Shown in pieces: positions 59,091-64,000 of a DNA stretch of 64,000 nt. Both the position numbers and the translations under genes were made by a program. Source of the stretch: the human T2T-CHM13v2.0 reference genome, Homo sapiens. The stretch lies in assembly GCF_009914755.1 (NCBI RefSeq), contig NC_060932.1; one strand, 5' to 3'. The notes beneath the pieces were generated by a model that was given only the letters and a program-made list of their open reading frames with translations, was not told the DNA's origin and did no database searches. Position 1 is the stretch's first letter, and every line of letters begins with the position of its first letter.

Positions 59091-61250
59091 TTAGCAGTGG
59101 AATCTAGAGAACATCACTAGATGTGTGTCGAAATTCTGTTCCTGGGCAGACCTGTTATACAGCAGTTTCCAACCTCTTCCTAATGTTAGTGAAATTAATA
59201 TGAAATAAAATCAAAGTTCTCTTTTTCTAGTCAGATGACAATAGCCAGAAGTCAGAAGGGGATTCCTAATAGCGGCTTTATGAACCCATGCACCGGAAGT
59301 TATGATAGCAGTGTTCGTGTTTCTCAATAATAGCTGTACCTCCCAGCAGGGTAGCAGAGAAGGAGGCCAACACCAGAGAGGACCCTCAGAGTTTCAAGTT
59401 CTATTTCAGGGGATCTTGGGGGTTGGAAACACAGCTCAATAGAGAATTGAAAGCAGACATTTTCTGATGTCATGCATAATGGAAGCCACGTGGCATTTCA
59501 CCCGACTCCTCTGATTCCAAAGAAGGAGAATGCAGTTTTCTTTATGTTGGTTTGTTTTGTTTTTACAATTGTTAGTCTGAATTGACTGTTTCCACCTGAA
59601 AGTGACACAGTTGCAATTTTGCTTCAGGCCATGGAGGTCTTGGAGCCATGCAGTGCAATTGAATTGCTGAACAATAGATAGATTTGCACACCTGGATCTA
59701 CGATTCATATCTCCCAGCCCTGTGTTCTTCTTTTCTGAAAAACTGTTTATGACAACTTTTATATCATTGACAGACACTTTCTGGAATGATCCTGAGAGCT
59801 GGGATATTTTACTTTTGACCAACTGGGGAGACAGTAATTGGAAGTTGTAAGTCAGGTGAGCTTCTGGGTACCCACTCCAAACAACCGGGTCTGTTTTACA
59901 AAGCCAGTAGAGCAGTCACTTTGGATGATGAAAGAGAGCTTATTCTGAGTTTAACAGTCCACAGCCTCACTCTGGACACTCTCTCATGCCACGTGAAGGA
60001 ACTCAACACCGTTTTCCTTTTCCCTCCAGTTATCAGCAGGGGAGAGTACTTAGAGGTCTGCTTTCCCAGACTGGGATGGACAGCTGGACCCCCCCATCAT
60101 GCATGGGGTATGTATTTGGGGGTGTTTCTTTTCCCCCCCTTCTTAGGGTCTTGGTAGGAGCTTTGACGTAAAGGGAATTGAAACATGAAATTGAAATAAT
60201 TAGGGATTTCGTTGTAGCCATGTCAATTCAGCTAAAAAGAATTTGGGGTTAAAACAAATGGTATGGTCATTCCCAAGAGCCCATTAATGTCTTAGAGTAG
60301 CGGTCATTACAACAGGCAATAATATGATGTGAGGTTATGCCACAGTAATTTTATGTATGAAATAGTCCTTCCAAGGGAAAAGGGAGGTCAGCCAAATTCA
60401 GCATCAGAGGAATAGTTAAGTAAACCATGCTTTGTGGGCTAAACAATTCTGTGCTCCTTTAAAATGATGTTTATGAACATTACGTAATAATATTTTTTAA
60501 ATGATGTATGTGAATATTATGTAATAACAAGAATAATGAATAAATGTTGCCAATAAATGGAAATAGAAGCATATATTGTTACACAAATACCATAATTTGT
60601 TTAAATTGTATATGCAATAAAGGTCAGAAGGTCATTTATTTAAAGAAAAAAGTCACTCAAAATGTAGTGATTACTCAACCAGATCATTTTCTGCTGAGAC
60701 CTTGATTGGTTTCATAAGCCCTGGAGGCAATCACTGGTATATTTTTTAACATTTATAGCAAACTCTTATATGTTTTCTCAAATACAGCACTGTTTTTAAA
60801 TTGATGGACTTTTGGGATAGGGGCAAATTATCTACATGACAATGTAGAGAATAAATTGGAAGGTTATGTGAAGTCAGAGAGGTTGAGAGGTATTTTATTT
60901 CAGAATTTTTGAAAAATAAAAATATTGGTACTTCTTCCAGAAAAAAAAAAGTGATAATCATGTATAAACTAAACTTCATATCAAGTCTCCCAATCTGTTT
61001 AATTCACCAATTAAGCCACACTTCTTTGATGTCCGTGTAAAAATGTAACAGAAAATATAAGTTTAACAAAAGAGAGGGCGATTTTTTCTTAAGATGACTA
61101 ACAGGAAGATTAATCAATTTAAGTCATATATTAATATCCTTTGAAGATACACTCCCTTTTCCTTAAATGGCCATTGTGAATATCAAATAAGATAAGCAAA
61201 GCGCATGAATTGTGCCCGGCCCATAATAAATACAATTTGCTATGCTAGAG

Positions 61251-61453
61251 CAGGAGTTGTCAGACTTTCTCTGTAAATATTTAAGGCTTTCCAGGACGCG
61301 CAGTGTAACTACTCAACATAATTCTGAATTCTAGCGTGAAAGCAGCCATATACAATATGTAAATGATGGGTGTGGCTATGTTTCAATAAAACTTTATTTA
61401 CAAAATGAGAGGTGGGTTGAATTTGGCTTGTGGACCATAGTTGTTGAACTCTG
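61251..61453 (+). mobile_element. MER58A (hAT-Charlie), in the last FAM135B intron
   Basis: gaaagcagccatatacaatatgtaaatga...gtggctatgtttcaataaaactttatttacaaaa...ggaccatagttg. Confidence 0.85.
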
Positions 61454-62599
61454 TTCTTAAGGCTTTACCAAGGTTGAAATGTCAACAAAAATATTTCTCT
61501 ATGTCAGGGAGACAAGAAAGTAGGCAAGGAAAATTAGCAAATCCCTGCACAAAGAAACAGTTTGGCTGTCTATTGACCACAGCTATGTTTAGTCAAGTCT
61601 GAACTGAAAACCAGATCATTGACTCTTTATTTATTGTCACAGGTCTTAGCATATAATGATGTCCCATGGGCAATTAGAAAATATTTAAAAATGGATTAAA
61701 AATATACATAAAAAAGCATCAATATTTAAAAATTCAGGCTGAAAAATTATAAGCAAATATCTTTAAATTAATATTTAATCTGAGAGACAGTAGAGTGAGA
61801 TAGGCAGGCACGAATATACTCTAACAGTACACGTGTTGCTGGTATCAATATTTTAGAAGGGAATTTGGCAAAAAACTTTAAGAGTAGTAACTCATTAACA
61901 TTTTCCTCCAATAATACCACTACTAGAAATCGATTTTAATGAAATACCATAGATGTATTAAAAGTTTACACATGCAAAGTCTTTCATCACATAATAACTA
62001 AAAAGGAAACCTTCCAGAAGCAAGCTCTATGTGCAGTAATTGAGAAGTTGTTAAATTATGGTATATGCATATAGTCTATAATTATTAAAATGTGTTTGTA
62101 TTTATGATATTTTATTAACATGGACAAATAACTATATTACTCTAAATCAAATCATGACACAAAATTATAACATTTATCATGAACACACATGAAGAGACAG
62201 ACTAGAAGAACACGAAAAGTAGGTAGTGATAGAGGTGGAGTTAGAAAGGATCATAAATTATGTAAATGAGTTTGACTTTTTCAAATATTCTATAATGTTT
62301 TTAATCAGAAAAAAAGAATCATTTTAGAATATGCCCTGTGTTACTTTTCATCACATATACTAGATGGTATAAAACACAATGCTATTTTATGTATTAAAAC
62401 TAATTTTTAAAAATTTTTTCATCAAAATTCCTGTTGGATTTTCTAGATACCAGGGAAAATTTGGAATAGACCCAATTATATATTAGCACCAAATCTTTGG
62501 ACCTTTGGTACACTATTTTTTGATAGTACCTTAAAATATAACAAAACTACTATTTACTTAAAAAATAATCAATATGCCTGACATAGAAATATACAAATT

Positions 62600-62835
62600 A
62601 GATTGGATTCTGGAAGAGAAAGGGGACATTAGTGGACACTGACATAATTTAGATAAGGTCTAGAAATTAGATAATAATATTGAATCAGTATTAATTTTCT
62701 GATTTTGATAATGGTACAATGGTTATGTAAGATGCTAATATTGGGCATCAGAGTGAAACGTATGCAGGAATTTTTTGTACTGTTGTTGCAACATTTTTTG
62801 AGTATAAAATTGTTTCAAAATTAAAAGCTAAAAAC
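62600..62835 (+). mobile_element. L1MC-type 3' end fragment
   Basis: ttggattctggaa...gacattagtgg...tgattttgataat...atggttatgtaagatg...tttttgtactg...ttgcaac...tttcaaaa. Confidence 0.7.
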
Positions 62836-62899
62836 ATGTTTTTTAAAAAAAACAATTAAACAAATTAACCAAAGGAAACCACAAATGCCAGCCCACATC

Positions 62900-63190
62900 C
62901 ATCTTGATTGTCTGGAAAATTCCTACCTATCCTTTAAAACCTAACTCATTGTCATCTCCAGGGATCCTCGTCTGACTCTGTCCTATGTCCTGTTCCACTT
63001 CTGGGCTGCCTTAATGCCTTAGGCATTATTTTATTTTTTGACTTATCACATTTTACTCTCATTGCTATTACTTGTCGAGGCTCCAACTAGACAATGTGCC
63101 CCTTGAGGGCAGGGCCTGTCTCATTGAATTATACATCCCAGTCATCAATTTCAGTGGCTGGCACACAATAGGACTGAACAGAAGTTTCAT
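62900..63190 (+). mobile_element. L2 3' end fragment
   Basis: tcctacctatcctttaaaacctaactca...ccttgagggcagggcctgtct...tggcacacaatagg. Confidence 0.6.
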
Positions 63191-63276
63191 AATCTAATAA
63201 ACATGTGACTGTTTATTACACAAAGGAAGGATCTGGCACAGTAACATCGAGATGAGCTATGTTTGTCCTATCACTA

Positions 63277-63540
<264 letters not shown>

Positions 63541-64000
63541 TTACCCAGGTAGTTTCAACTTCAACACCCTCTGGAAATTTGCACAAATTTCCAGACTTGT
63601 CCTATAGAGAGAAAAAATGTTGACACACCACACACTAGTGTCATCACACAAGGACATTCTGTCCTGAGGTTTAACAATGCACAGCAGATGGCATAGAGGT
63701 ATCGCGGGGGCCTATGGGAGGTTGAGAAAAGAAGTCACTAAGCAGGGGCTTTGCGTTTGTGAGGGGAGATGAAGCCTGCTCTCATCAGCCATGAAAGCTA
63801 AGGAGACACACAGAAAGCTACTCTGGACACAGAGAAATAAGCAACAAGAATGGGACCAAAAAAGCCTTTTGGGGATAGAAATATTAAGGGGTTCATAAGG
63901 AAAAGTCAGTCTGACTATCTTGTTCTTCCTCCTCAACTCCAGCACCTCTCCTAATTCCAGCCTTCACCACGTCCCATGCTTTAGGAAAACAGCCTCAGAA

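Noticed and set aside
59436-59822. 128-aa minus-strand ORF in the last FAM135B intron as an alternative exon
   Set aside because: Non-ATG start, no recognisable protein similarity, and the flanking exons already join in frame.

Overview
Hominoid (very probably human) genomic DNA, mostly repeat-derived. The only host protein-coding sequence I can support is the 3' end of FAM135B on the minus strand: penultimate coding exon 63399-63512, terminal coding exon 58845-59050, and a ~2.6-kb 3' UTR ending near AATAAA at 56296-56301. Positions 1-56 kb are downstream intergenic DNA. They hold a full-length but inactivated L1PA2/L1PA3 (42422-48471), solo LTRs (LTR6, LTR12C, LTR18, two THE1, MER67-like), a deleted MSTA element nested in an ancient L1M, Tigger3b, MER33/MER20/MER58A, about nine Alus, L2/MIR/MLT1 relics and microsatellites. 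I found no evidence for a new multi-gene biological system; almost all ORFs in the track are repeat-derived or chance. The most unusual structures are: (i) a ~195-bp non-tandem templated copy of one Alu's right arm plus its non-Alu flank pasted into the neighbouring Alu (12640-12834); (ii) an L1 twin-priming inversion with the priming microhomology still visible (49398-49962); (iii) an LTR6/LTR12C promoter cluster with candidate lncRNA exons; (iv) a tRNA-Ser primer-binding-site-like sequence enclosed within the TSD-bounded LTR18; (v) a near-palindromic CTCF-like site. Repeat family names come from my recall of consensus sequences, not from a database search.
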